Positions 41,755 through 50,214 of a stretch of DNA of 64,000 nucleotides are shown here, one piece after another. The DNA comes from Myxococcales bacterium (lineage in GTDB: Bacteria > Myxococcota_A > Polyangia > Polyangiales > Polyangiaceae), in contig JAYTOU010000042.1 in the NCBI GenBank assembly GCA_043747615.1, positions 32,001 to 96,000 of the forward strand. Direction: 5' to 3'. The translations under genes and the position numbers were made by a program. Under the pieces are notes generated by a model, which worked only from the letters and a program-made list of their open reading frames with translations, searched no databases and had not been told where the DNA came from. Position 1 is the stretch's first letter. Every line of letters begins with the position of its first letter.

Positions 41755-42999
41755 ATGGAAAAGATCGGCGAATACCTCATAAAGCGCATGGTCGGTGAGG
41801 GGGGTATGGGCAAGGTGTACGAGGCCGAAGAGCGGCTCTCGAAGCGCCGCGTGGCCCTCAAGATCCTCCGTCCGGAGCTCACGCGCAGTGAGGACGGGCG
41901 GCGTCTTTTCCTGAACGAGATGCAGATTCTCGCGCACCTCGAGCACCCGAATGTCGTCCGCAGTCTGGCCTCGATGGAAGTAGACGGTCAGCTCGTGATG
42001 GTCCTCGAGTTTCTCCACGGTCACACGCTCCGCGAGGAGATCACCCGGCGTGGGAAGCTCCCCTGGCACGAGGCGGTCGAGCTCATCTCGAAGACGGCCG
42101 AAGCGCTCAACGCCGCGCACGCCCAAGAGCCGCCCATCATTCACCGAGATTTGAAGCCTGAAAACGTGATGCTCACCGAAGTAGACGGTGGGCCGCCGGG
42201 TCTGAAGGTGATGGACTTATGGATCGCCAAGGTGCTCGAGGCCGTGCACGCCACCAACACCCAAAGCATCGGGACGCTGCAATACATGAGCCCCGAGCAG
42301 ATCGACGCGCACACGATCGACGCGCGGAGCGACCTCTACTCGCTCGGGCTCCTCTTCTACGAGATGCTCTCGGGCAAGGCCCCTTTTCACTCCGCGTCGC
42401 CGCGCGAGCTCTTGAACATGCAGTGCACGGCGCCCGCTCCCCCGCTGGGCGAAGAGGTGCGGCAGACGATGCCCCGCGGCGTTGAAGAGCTTCTTTTCTC
42501 GCTCTTAGAGAAGTCGCCCGACGATCGCCCGCCCAGCGCGGTCGAGGTGATCGATCGCCTGGCGCCGTTCCGCATAGCGTCCGATCGCGTGCAGCGTCCG
42601 CGTTCAAAGCAAGAGAAACCGAGCGTCGACGCGCCTGCTTCCGCCGACGCTGCGGCGCCGAACCCCCTTGCGCGCTCGGGAGACACGCTGCAGTCGACGC
42701 CGCATAAAGTCGCTCCGGCCACGCCCGACGCGGACAAGGACAAGCCGGCCGGTCACACGCCACCCCGCAAAAAAGAAGGCAAATCCGCGCAGCGGAAGGC
42801 TCGGCCCACGGACACCATTGGTCTCGTCGAGCGAGCAGGTGAGGCCCGCGAGATCTCGACGGGTCGGGCGCTCCTCGTGATCGGTTGCCTGTCGATCGTC
42901 GCTGGGCTCGCCACGTACCTCGTGCGCGCGAAGACCAGCTCGCCGTCGCCGGCTGCCACGGCATCGGTCGCGGCGGAGCCCCCCAGCCGCCAGAGGTGA
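41755..42999 (+). CDS. Membrane-anchored Ser/Thr protein kinase with atypical DLW in place of DFG
   Basis: GEGGMGKVY, VALK, HRDLKPEN, KVMDLWIAK, GTLQYMSPEQ; C-terminal TM (ALLVIGCLSIVAGLATYLV). Confidence 0.9.
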   Translation: MEKIGEYLIKRMVGEGGMGKVYEAEERLSKRRVALKILRPELTRSEDGRRLFLNEMQILAHLEHPNVVRSLASMEVDGQLVMVLEFLHGHTLREEITRRGKLPWHEAVELISKTAEALNAAHAQEPPIIHRDLKPENVMLTEVDGGPPGLKVMDLWIAKVLEAVHATNTQSIGTLQYMSPEQIDAHTIDARSDLYSLGLLFYEMLSGKAPFHSASPRELLNMQCTAPAPPLGEEVRQTMPRGVEELLFSLLEKSPDDRPPSAVEVIDRLAPFRIASDRVQRPRSKQEKPSVDAPASADAAAPNPLARSGDTLQSTPHKVAPATPDADKDKPAGHTPPRKKEGKSAQRKARPTDTIGLVERAGEAREISTGRALLVIGCLSIVAGLATYLVRAKTSSPSPAATASVAAEPPSRQR

Positions 43000-45956
43000 G
43001 CTCGGTGAGCACTCCGTCCTCAGGCGCTCCGCTCGACTCCGTCGGACGCGCGAGGCGTTTCGTCTGTTCCGAGGGAGAGCTCTGGATTTTCTCCGCTGCC
43101 GACGAGCGCGTGGCCAGACGCTTGGCCCACCTCGCCAAGGCGAACGTCGGAGGCTTCTCCACGAGCGGACAAGACGAACGCGGAGCATGGCTCGTACGGC
43201 AAGTCCCGATTCGTCGCCTCGATGGGCTCGCGCGGAGCGAGAAATTGCCGTGGAAAAAGGCTCTCGAAATCGTTCACACGATCGCGACCGGCCTTGCAGC
43301 CTGCGAGACATCTGCGCTCTTTCCGGGGCCTCTTCGGCGGAGCGACGTGGTCCTCGAGCCTACGATATTCTTGGCCGCGGACACGCTCGTGCGTGCGATC
43401 GCCGGAGAGGTGGGAGAGCTTGCTCATCCGAGCACCGCGCCGTCACCGAAGTGGACGCCGCCCGAGCAAGCCGGAGGCGCCGCGTGGGACAACGCTGCGA
43501 ATCGTTACGTCCTAGGTCTCATCGCCTACCGCGCGATCGCGGGGAAGCACCCGTTTGGCGGCGGCGGTCTGCGTCACGCGCTCTCTGCGCAAGCGTCTGC
43601 CGAGGCGCCACCGTTCGACGACGAGCTGCGCCTCACCATTCGTCCGGGTGTGCAGAGCTTCGTCCTCAAGCTGATTGATCCGCGCCCATCACGGCGCCCC
43701 TCGAGCGCGAGCGAAATCGTCACGACGTGCGCCGAGCTTCTCGCGGATTCGCCGGAAAAAAGCGGGGAAATCGTTGCGGCAAGCTCGCTTCCCGTCGAGC
43801 ACCGCGAAGCGCGACGCGCGGAGCCACGGGCCGCGCTCCCGAGAAACATTTTTGCGGTGCTTGCCACCAACCGCTCCTCGCCGAAAGCTGGGTTCCCTTC
43901 GTGGCGAAGCGTCGTCCCCCTGGGTCTTGGGATCGTCGTCGCCGTCGCTGCGCTCGTGGCCGGGGCGCGCGACGAAGGTCCGGCGAAGGCCGTCATCTCT
44001 TCTCTGCGCCCGCTGGGCTCGACGACCGCCGCGGACTGCGCGCCCTGCCATGCGCGTGAGGTCGCGGAGTGGGAACGGTCGGTGATGGCGCACGCCGCCA
44101 AGAGCCCTCTTTACGGTTCGCTCGAGAGCGTCGTCGAGGAGCAAGTCGGTCGCGATGCACGCTGCCCGAACGGCGCAGGCGCCCTCCGAAAAGCAGGCGC
44201 AGAGGTTTGCCGCAACGAACAGACCGGCATCACCGAGACCGGCGCGGGCGGCGAGCAGTGGTGCGTGAACTGCCACGTGCCCGGAGAAAATCTCAACCCG
44301 GGGATGCCGGCGTGGAGCGCGTTCGGCTCACGCGAGGGGCGCGCCCCCGTACGTGATCTGCTCTCGCCGTCATCGATGGAGGGAATTTCGTGCGCGGGCT
44401 GCCACACCGCGATCGGGCCGGTCAGGGCACACACGTTGCGCGCCGGCTCGGGCTACGAGGGAAATCCCTCCTGGGTCTCCGCAAATACGGGCTCGACCTT
44501 CCTCGCGCGACCCGAAGACTTACAGGGAAGAAGCGGCATCGCGAACAGCGGATACAATCTCGATGCCCGCTCCTTTCTGACCACCACGCTCGGCACGCGC
44601 GTCGGAGATCCTCCCGTCCACAAGCGTCCTTCGCGCGAGGCCTCGCGCTACCTCGCGTCGAGCGAGTTCTGCGGCGCGTGCCACGACGTTCGTCTCTTTG
44701 GCACCGACGCCATTGGCGGACGTGAGCGCGGCGAGCACTTCAAGCGCCTACGCAACGCGTACTCCGAGTGGCGCGCATGGGCGACCGACGAAGAGCGCGG
44801 AGGGCGGACGGCGGCCACCTGCCAGGGCTGCCACATGAGCCTGTATCCAGGGGTCTGCGCACCTGGGACGACGGGAAAAGTCGGTGACTGCCCCGACGGT
44901 TCGCACTTCGAGGCGAAGGCTGCCGGTGACTTCGGCACGCCGCGCCAGATCTCGCACTACTTTACGAGCGTCGACGTTCCCCTCACCGACAGCTATCCCG
45001 AAGCGTTCGCGTCCGATCGAACGCTCGACGGCGCCGGACTTCCCGTGGGCCTCCGCCAGCGAAGAGACATGCTTCTCCGAAAAGCATTTCGCTTCGAGCT
45101 CGGAGACGTACGCGTGGCCGGCGGACGACTCGAGGTTCCGGTTCGGATCGAGAACACCGGAGCCGGGCACAGGGTTCCCGCAGGATTCAGCCAGGAGCGT
45201 GAGATTTGGGTGGAGCTGACGGTCACCGATGCACGCGGCCAGCTCGTCTACGAAGTCGGAAAAATTGCGACGGACGACGCCGACCTGAAGGACAAAATTT
45301 TTCTCCGCGTGAACACGAGCGATAGCGCGGTCGACTCGAAGGGAAGGCCGCTTGGAGTCTTCGGAGCCGACGTCGCCGACGGTCCGGACGTGCCCGCTTG
45401 GTCTCCCGATCCAGCGCGCGGCGGCACGACCTTTCGCGGACGCGGCCTCATCAACTTCCAAAACGGATTCTTGAGATGCGTGCGCTGCATCGGAACCATC
45501 GACGACGCCGGCCGCTGCCAGGCGGGCCCCGGCCAGGGACGAACCCGGGCCGATCGCTTCGATGACGGCGCATACGACCTCGACACCGGAGAGTGCCGCT
45601 CGAACTTGAGCGGCGGAAACGAGTTCTTCGAGACCTATTTCCCGGTCGGCGCGCTCGACGCCGATCGAGGCATAGCCAAGGCGCCCGATGCGATCGTCGA
45701 TCTTCGATCCGCACCTCCGAACGTGCCTATCCTCTACACGTACGAGCTCGATGCCCGCGCGCGGCAGGTGCCGTTTCACATCGAGGCCAAGCTTCGCTTC
45801 CGCTCCTTCCCTCCGTTCTTGGTAAAGGCCTTCGCCGACTACGAAGCGCGCAAAGACGCGGCGCGTGCGAGGCCAAGCGGTCCTCAGGTCGTGCCGGCGA
45901 TGCTGAGGCGGATCGACGTGGTCGATCTTGCGAGCATCGATGTGAGGACCCCGTGA
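42996..45956 (+). CDS. Pseudokinase-TM-pentaheme cytochrome c fusion protein
   Basis: GTG overlaps the kinase TGA; degenerate kinase C-lobe (WTPPEQ, ANRYVLGLIAYRAIAGKHPF); TM (VVPLGLGIVVAVAALV); CAPCH, CVNCH, CAGCH, CGACH, CQGCH; NTGAGHRVPAG C-terminal region. Confidence 0.85.
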   Translation: MSSVSTPSSGAPLDSVGRARRFVCSEGELWIFSAADERVARRLAHLAKANVGGFSTSGQDERGAWLVRQVPIRRLDGLARSEKLPWKKALEIVHTIATGLAACETSALFPGPLRRSDVVLEPTIFLAADTLVRAIAGEVGELAHPSTAPSPKWTPPEQAGGAAWDNAANRYVLGLIAYRAIAGKHPFGGGGLRHALSAQASAEAPPFDDELRLTIRPGVQSFVLKLIDPRPSRRPSSASEIVTTCAELLADSPEKSGEIVAASSLPVEHREARRAEPRAALPRNIFAVLATNRSSPKAGFPSWRSVVPLGLGIVVAVAALVAGARDEGPAKAVISSLRPLGSTTAADCAPCHAREVAEWERSVMAHAAKSPLYGSLESVVEEQVGRDARCPNGAGALRKAGAEVCRNEQTGITETGAGGEQWCVNCHVPGENLNPGMPAWSAFGSREGRAPVRDLLSPSSMEGISCAGCHTAIGPVRAHTLRAGSGYEGNPSWVSANTGSTFLARPEDLQGRSGIANSGYNLDARSFLTTTLGTRVGDPPVHKRPSREASRYLASSEFCGACHDVRLFGTDAIGGRERGEHFKRLRNAYSEWRAWATDEERGGRTAATCQGCHMSLYPGVCAPGTTGKVGDCPDGSHFEAKAAGDFGTPRQISHYFTSVDVPLTDSYPEAFASDRTLDGAGLPVGLRQRRDMLLRKAFRFELGDVRVAGGRLEVPVRIENTGAGHRVPAGFSQEREIWVELTVTDARGQLVYEVGKIATDDADLKDKIFLRVNTSDSAVDSKGRPLGVFGADVADGPDVPAWSPDPARGGTTFRGRGLINFQNGFLRCVRCIGTIDDAGRCQAGPGQGRTRADRFDDGAYDLDTGECRSNLSGGNEFFETYFPVGALDADRGIAKAPDAIVDLRSAPPNVPILYTYELDARARQVPFHIEAKLRFRSFPPFLVKAFADYEARKDAARARPSGPQVVPAMLRRIDVVDLASIDVRTP

Positions 45957-48133
45957 GCTGGCCCGACGTCGTCTGGAGCGCCGCCGTGCTCCGCGGGATC
46001 GACGATCGCGCGCGCACCGAGATTGAAGCCGCAGGCTCGAGTCGCGCTTGCACGAAGGGTGAGAAGATCTTCGCCTCGGGTGAACCCGCCGATGCTTTTT
46101 TCGTGGTCGAGGAGGGCCGCGTGGCCGTTCGGGCGATCCCCCGTGGCGAAGGGGAAATCAGGATCATTCGCGAGGTCGTGCGCGGCGAATCGTTCGGCGA
46201 AGAATCTACCCTGCGTGCCGGCTCGACCCGGCAGATGGAGGCGGTGTGTCTCGAGACCACGCGGGTCGCGGTTATCCCGGCTCCGCTTTTCACGCGGACG
46301 GCCGAGCGCGGTGGCGAGGGCGAAGCCTCCGTCAACTTGAAGAAGACTCTGCGTCGTGCGGCGACGCTGGACTTGCTGAGGACGACGTCGTTTGCGCGCA
46401 AGCTCGCGGATCGCGAAATCGAAGTTCTGCTCGACAGCGTCTCGCACGTGGAGCTCGCTCGTGGTGAGTACCTCTTTCGCGAAAGAGACCCAGCGACCCA
46501 CGTGTACTTCATCGCCGACGGGATGGTGCAGCTCCAAGTGGAGGACGACGAGAAGCTCCACGTGCGCGCGTACCTCGGACGCGGTGACGTCGTCGGCGAC
46601 GGCGAAATTTCGACCGGCGAGCCTCGGCGAACGAGCGCCGTTGCCAGCGGTGCTACCTGGGCCCTCGGCGTACCGCGCAGCGTGTTCATCGCCGTCGACG
46701 CGCGAAATCCAGGTCTTTTGCAGGGTATTCGTCGGGTCGTGGAGGAAAATGAGGACAGGCTCCTCGCCATCGCCGTCTCGGCGAATACGACGCAGCACGT
46801 CTTCAAGGATCTCTATCGACTGAACGTGGCGCGTTCGCTCTTGGTGATCGATCAGGAGTCGTGCGTGCGGTGCGGGCACTGCGCGTGGAGCTGCGCGAGC
46901 GTCCACGACGATGGCGTCTCGCGGCTCGTCCGGCGCGGCGACAAAGTGGTGAGCAAGCTCGAAGGGGGCGGGACGGCCTCGCTTCTTCTGCCCAACAGCT
47001 GCCAGCACTGCGAAAATCCGAGCTGCATGCCGGAGTGCCCCACGGGGGCGATCGGCCGTGATCCGCGCGGCGAGGTGTTCATCCGTGAGGACCTTTGCAC
47101 CGGCTGCGGCAACTGCGCGAAGGGGTGCCCCTGGGACAACATCCAGATGGCGGCGCGCCTCACCGTCGACACCGGCGTCTTCGGGTCTGTCGGAGGCTCA
47201 CCGGAGGTAGCCGTAAAGTGCGACCTCTGCAGCGATCGCGCGGACGGGCCGGCGTGCGTCGCGTCGTGCCCCACGCAGTCGATCCTCCGCATTCGCCCGA
47301 GTGCCGTCCTGCTCGACGTACGGGACGCTCTTGGAAAACAAGGACCCGCGGAGCTGATGCCTCGTCCGGCGCCTGCGTGGCCATGGGTTGCCGGGGCGGC
47401 ACTAGCGTCCGTCGCCATCGCGGTGCTCCCGGCGGGAACATCCAAGCTCGGCACGGGAATCCTTAGCGGTCTGCTCATGGTCGCGCTCGCCGCGTACGCG
47501 TTCATAAAGCGCAGGCTCGCCCCAAAGCTGCGGCCTCACTTCATCGCGCATCTCGTCATGGGCATCGTCGTCGTCGGCGTCGTCCTCGCGCACGCCGGAT
47601 CGCGCGTCCCCTCCAACCTCGGCGGAAGCCTTTTTTTAGCTTTTTTCGTGGCCGCTGGCCTCGGTGTGCTCGGAGCCCTCGCCTACCGCTTCGTCCCCAA
47701 GAGTCTGTCGCGCATCGAGAAGCGCGGGGCGCTGCCGGAGGACCTCCCCGGTCACGCGCGCGATCTCGAAGCGCGAATCTTCCGCGAGCTGAGCGGGCGC
47801 AGCGAGCTCGTCAAAACAATCTTCAGGAAAATTCTCGATCCGTACCGCCGCTCACCGCTCTCGCCGATTCTTCTCGTGGCGCGCGCCACGACGCTCGCGA
47901 AGGAGCAGCGTCGCCTGCGAAGCGAGATCGAAAAAATCATCGAGGGGCGGTCCGGGGACAAGCTTCAGGGGCTCGATGATCTGATCGCGGTCGTCGTCGA
48001 GGGTCGCGCGGTGACGGCGCAGCGATTCCTTCAAGGGGTGCTGCGCGGCTGGCTCGCTCTCCACGTTGCCGTCTCCGTTCTCGTGGTGATCCTGCTCGTT
48101 CTGCACGCTGTGTTCGCGGTCGCCTACCGATGA
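45953..48133 (+). CDS. Tandem cNMP-binding domains + DmsB/NrfC-type 4x[4Fe-4S] domain + membrane domain
   Basis: GTG overlaps the previous TGA; GEKIF..GEPADAFFVV.EG...GESFGE and GEYLFRE.DPATHVYFI..G...GDVVGD; CVRCGHCAWSC, CQHCENPSCMPECP, CTGCGNCAKGCP, CDLCSDRADGPACVASCP; about 5 TMs carrying His residues. Confidence 0.88.
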   Translation: MSWPDVVWSAAVLRGIDDRARTEIEAAGSSRACTKGEKIFASGEPADAFFVVEEGRVAVRAIPRGEGEIRIIREVVRGESFGEESTLRAGSTRQMEAVCLETTRVAVIPAPLFTRTAERGGEGEASVNLKKTLRRAATLDLLRTTSFARKLADREIEVLLDSVSHVELARGEYLFRERDPATHVYFIADGMVQLQVEDDEKLHVRAYLGRGDVVGDGEISTGEPRRTSAVASGATWALGVPRSVFIAVDARNPGLLQGIRRVVEENEDRLLAIAVSANTTQHVFKDLYRLNVARSLLVIDQESCVRCGHCAWSCASVHDDGVSRLVRRGDKVVSKLEGGGTASLLLPNSCQHCENPSCMPECPTGAIGRDPRGEVFIREDLCTGCGNCAKGCPWDNIQMAARLTVDTGVFGSVGGSPEVAVKCDLCSDRADGPACVASCPTQSILRIRPSAVLLDVRDALGKQGPAELMPRPAPAWPWVAGAALASVAIAVLPAGTSKLGTGILSGLLMVALAAYAFIKRRLAPKLRPHFIAHLVMGIVVVGVVLAHAGSRVPSNLGGSLFLAFFVAAGLGVLGALAYRFVPKSLSRIEKRGALPEDLPGHARDLEARIFRELSGRSELVKTIFRKILDPYRRSPLSPILLVARATTLAKEQRRLRSEIEKIIEGRSGDKLQGLDDLIAVVVEGRAVTAQRFLQGVLRGWLALHVAVSVLVVILLVLHAVFAVAYR

Positions 48134-50172
48134 GTGACGAGGCTCTTTTTTCGGGCGGTTCGCAAGCCAAAGGGGGGCTTCGTCGGGCACGTGCCCTAAT
48201 TCGGGCGGCGGCTTCGAGCGACGTGAAGCGCGCTCGCGAGATCGCGCTGGCGACTCTCGGCGCAGGGATAGCGCTCGCCCTCGCGCTCTTTTTTTTCGGA
48301 GCGCCAACGTCGCTTCGCACACCCGGCCCACTCGCTCGACCTCACCAGGCGGCGCATATCGCCTGCGGCTCGTGCCATGCAGACCGCGGCGACGGGAAGG
48401 GAGCGGCGGGGGCGTGCACGACCTGCCACGGACAGGCGGCTCACCCATCGACGCGCCCGGCCCACCGCGCCCTCGCTGCGGCCGGAAAGCTCGGCTGCGT
48501 GAGCTGCCATCCAGCGCACGGAGCGGGCGAAGGCGTCACTTTTCTTGGCCAAAAACGCTTTGTTCGCTGGGGCGACGGCGACGACGTCGAGGGAACGCTG
48601 AAGAACGGTGACGCGCCGAAGGGGGCGACGGTGCCGCTGCTGCCGCTCACGACGTGCACGCGATGTCATGATCCAGCGGGCGCGTCGGATCCTCTTAGGG
48701 TGTGCCTGACGGCGAGCGGATCGAGCGGCTGCTTCGACGAGCACCAACGCGTCGATCGACTCGGCGCTCCGGGCGCGGCGGTGTGCGCGCGTCAGCATGT
48801 TCCGTCGCGCTTCGTGGCCTGGGATGCTGCGCGCGAGGTTGCGGCAACCACGCCGAGCGTCCGCGAGTTTCACGCGGCGCCGATGGTGTGGGCCTTTTCG
48901 CCCTTCGCTGGGGCGAGTCTGATGCTCGTTGGAACTCGTGTTTTCAGGCGGTTTCGTCGCGCACCGGCCAAGAAAACCACGCCGCTTGCCGCCGCCGCGC
49001 GCGTGCGCCTTCCGCAGATCGACACCAACACCTGCCTCGGCTGCTACGCCTGTGTCGACGCGTGCCCCTTCGACGTTCTCGAGATTGAAAAATACGTAGC
49101 CGTGGTCGCGCGGCCCGCCGACTGCTGCGGTGTGGTCCTCTGCGAGCAAGCCTGTCCAAACGGGTCGCTCGTGATCACCGAGGGTGCCCCGATCGAGACC
49201 CGACCACGCGTGGATGGATCGCTGGAGAGCCTCGATGCGCCGGGGATTTTTCTCGCCGGGGATCTCACCGGGCTTCCGCTCATCAAAAACGCGATCGGCC
49301 AAGGCAAACGGGCGATCGACCGGGTAGCCGAGAGTATCTCCGCACGAGATCGCGTGAGGGGCGACGGAAAAAACGTGGACGTGGTGATCATCGGCGCGGG
49401 CCCCGCGGGGATCAGCGCCTCCCTCCGCGCGCGTGAGCTTGGGCTCTCGTACGTCACCCTGGAGCAGGCCACCGTTGCCGCCAGCATCAAGAGCTTCCCA
49501 CGCGACAAGCTCATCTTCGATCAGCCGCTCGATCTGCCGGTGGAAGGCGAGCTCTGGATGCGCGAGTCGTCCAAGGAGGAGCTCCTCGTCCAGTGGGCAC
49601 GCATCGTTCGCGCAAGAAAACTGGCTATTTCGGAGCACCATCGGGTGACGGACATCGTCAGGCAAGGTGGGCGCTACGCCGTCACCGCGCTCGCGCGACA
49701 GAACGAGGAGCTGACGTTTGGAGCGACCCGCGTGGTTCTGGCGATCGGCCGCAGAGGAACACCGCGGCCACTCGACGCAGAGATCGACGCCGCAGCCGAG
49801 ACCTCCGTCAGCTATGCGCTCGCCGACGCGCGGAGCTTCGCCGACAAGAACGTGCTCATTGTTGGCCTCGGGGATTCGGCGATGGAAGCTGCTGTCGCCA
49901 TCGCGCGCCAGCCGGGAACGACCGTCACCGTGTCGTACCGCGGAAAAGATTTTGCGCGGGGCAAGGCGCGGAACATCGCCGAGCTGAAGTCGCTCGTCGC
50001 CCGGGGGCGCATCACGCTCATCTTCGAGAGCGAAGTCCGCCGCGTCGAGGTGGGTCGCGCTACCCTGGTGGTGCGGGGTGAAAAACGCATCGTCTCTACG
50101 GATGGAATCATCGTCCTCATCGGGGGGGTGGCGAGCAGCGACCTGCTCATCCGGGCCGGGGTAAAGTTCTGA
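48130..50172 (+). CDS. Multiheme cytochrome c + 2x[4Fe-4S] ferredoxin + FAD/NAD(P)H (TrxB/YpdA-like) oxidoreductase fusion
   Basis: ATGA overlap; TM; CGSCH, CTTCH, CVSCH, CTRCH; second TM; CLGCYACVDACP and CCGVVLCEQACP; GIFLAGDLTG, IIGAGPAG, LAIGRRG.PR, VGLGDSA.EAA, VSYR. Confidence 0.88.
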   Translation: MSDEALFSGGSQAKGGLRRARALIRAAASSDVKRAREIALATLGAGIALALALFFFGAPTSLRTPGPLARPHQAAHIACGSCHADRGDGKGAAGACTTCHGQAAHPSTRPAHRALAAAGKLGCVSCHPAHGAGEGVTFLGQKRFVRWGDGDDVEGTLKNGDAPKGATVPLLPLTTCTRCHDPAGASDPLRVCLTASGSSGCFDEHQRVDRLGAPGAAVCARQHVPSRFVAWDAAREVAATTPSVREFHAAPMVWAFSPFAGASLMLVGTRVFRRFRRAPAKKTTPLAAAARVRLPQIDTNTCLGCYACVDACPFDVLEIEKYVAVVARPADCCGVVLCEQACPNGSLVITEGAPIETRPRVDGSLESLDAPGIFLAGDLTGLPLIKNAIGQGKRAIDRVAESISARDRVRGDGKNVDVVIIGAGPAGISASLRARELGLSYVTLEQATVAASIKSFPRDKLIFDQPLDLPVEGELWMRESSKEELLVQWARIVRARKLAISEHHRVTDIVRQGGRYAVTALARQNEELTFGATRVVLAIGRRGTPRPLDAEIDAAAETSVSYALADARSFADKNVLIVGLGDSAMEAAVAIARQPGTTVTVSYRGKDFARGKARNIAELKSLVARGRITLIFESEVRRVEVGRATLVVRGEKRIVSTDGIIVLIGGVASSDLLIRAGVKF

Positions 50173-50214
50173 CGTCAGAAATCGTTTTCCATCGTCACAC
50201 GTAAGAGGGACATC

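Noticed and set aside
45478..45492. CVRCI as a sixth heme site in the pseudokinase-cytochrome protein
   Set aside because: It lacks the His ligand and is more likely a disulfide or metal site, so it was not counted.
45593..45952. Long N-terminal extensions of ORF calls here and for gloA, dnaG, leuS, parvulin and DUF72
   Set aside because: They overlap neighbouring real genes and are Arg/Pro/Ser-rich out-of-frame reads. Better starts exist downstream.
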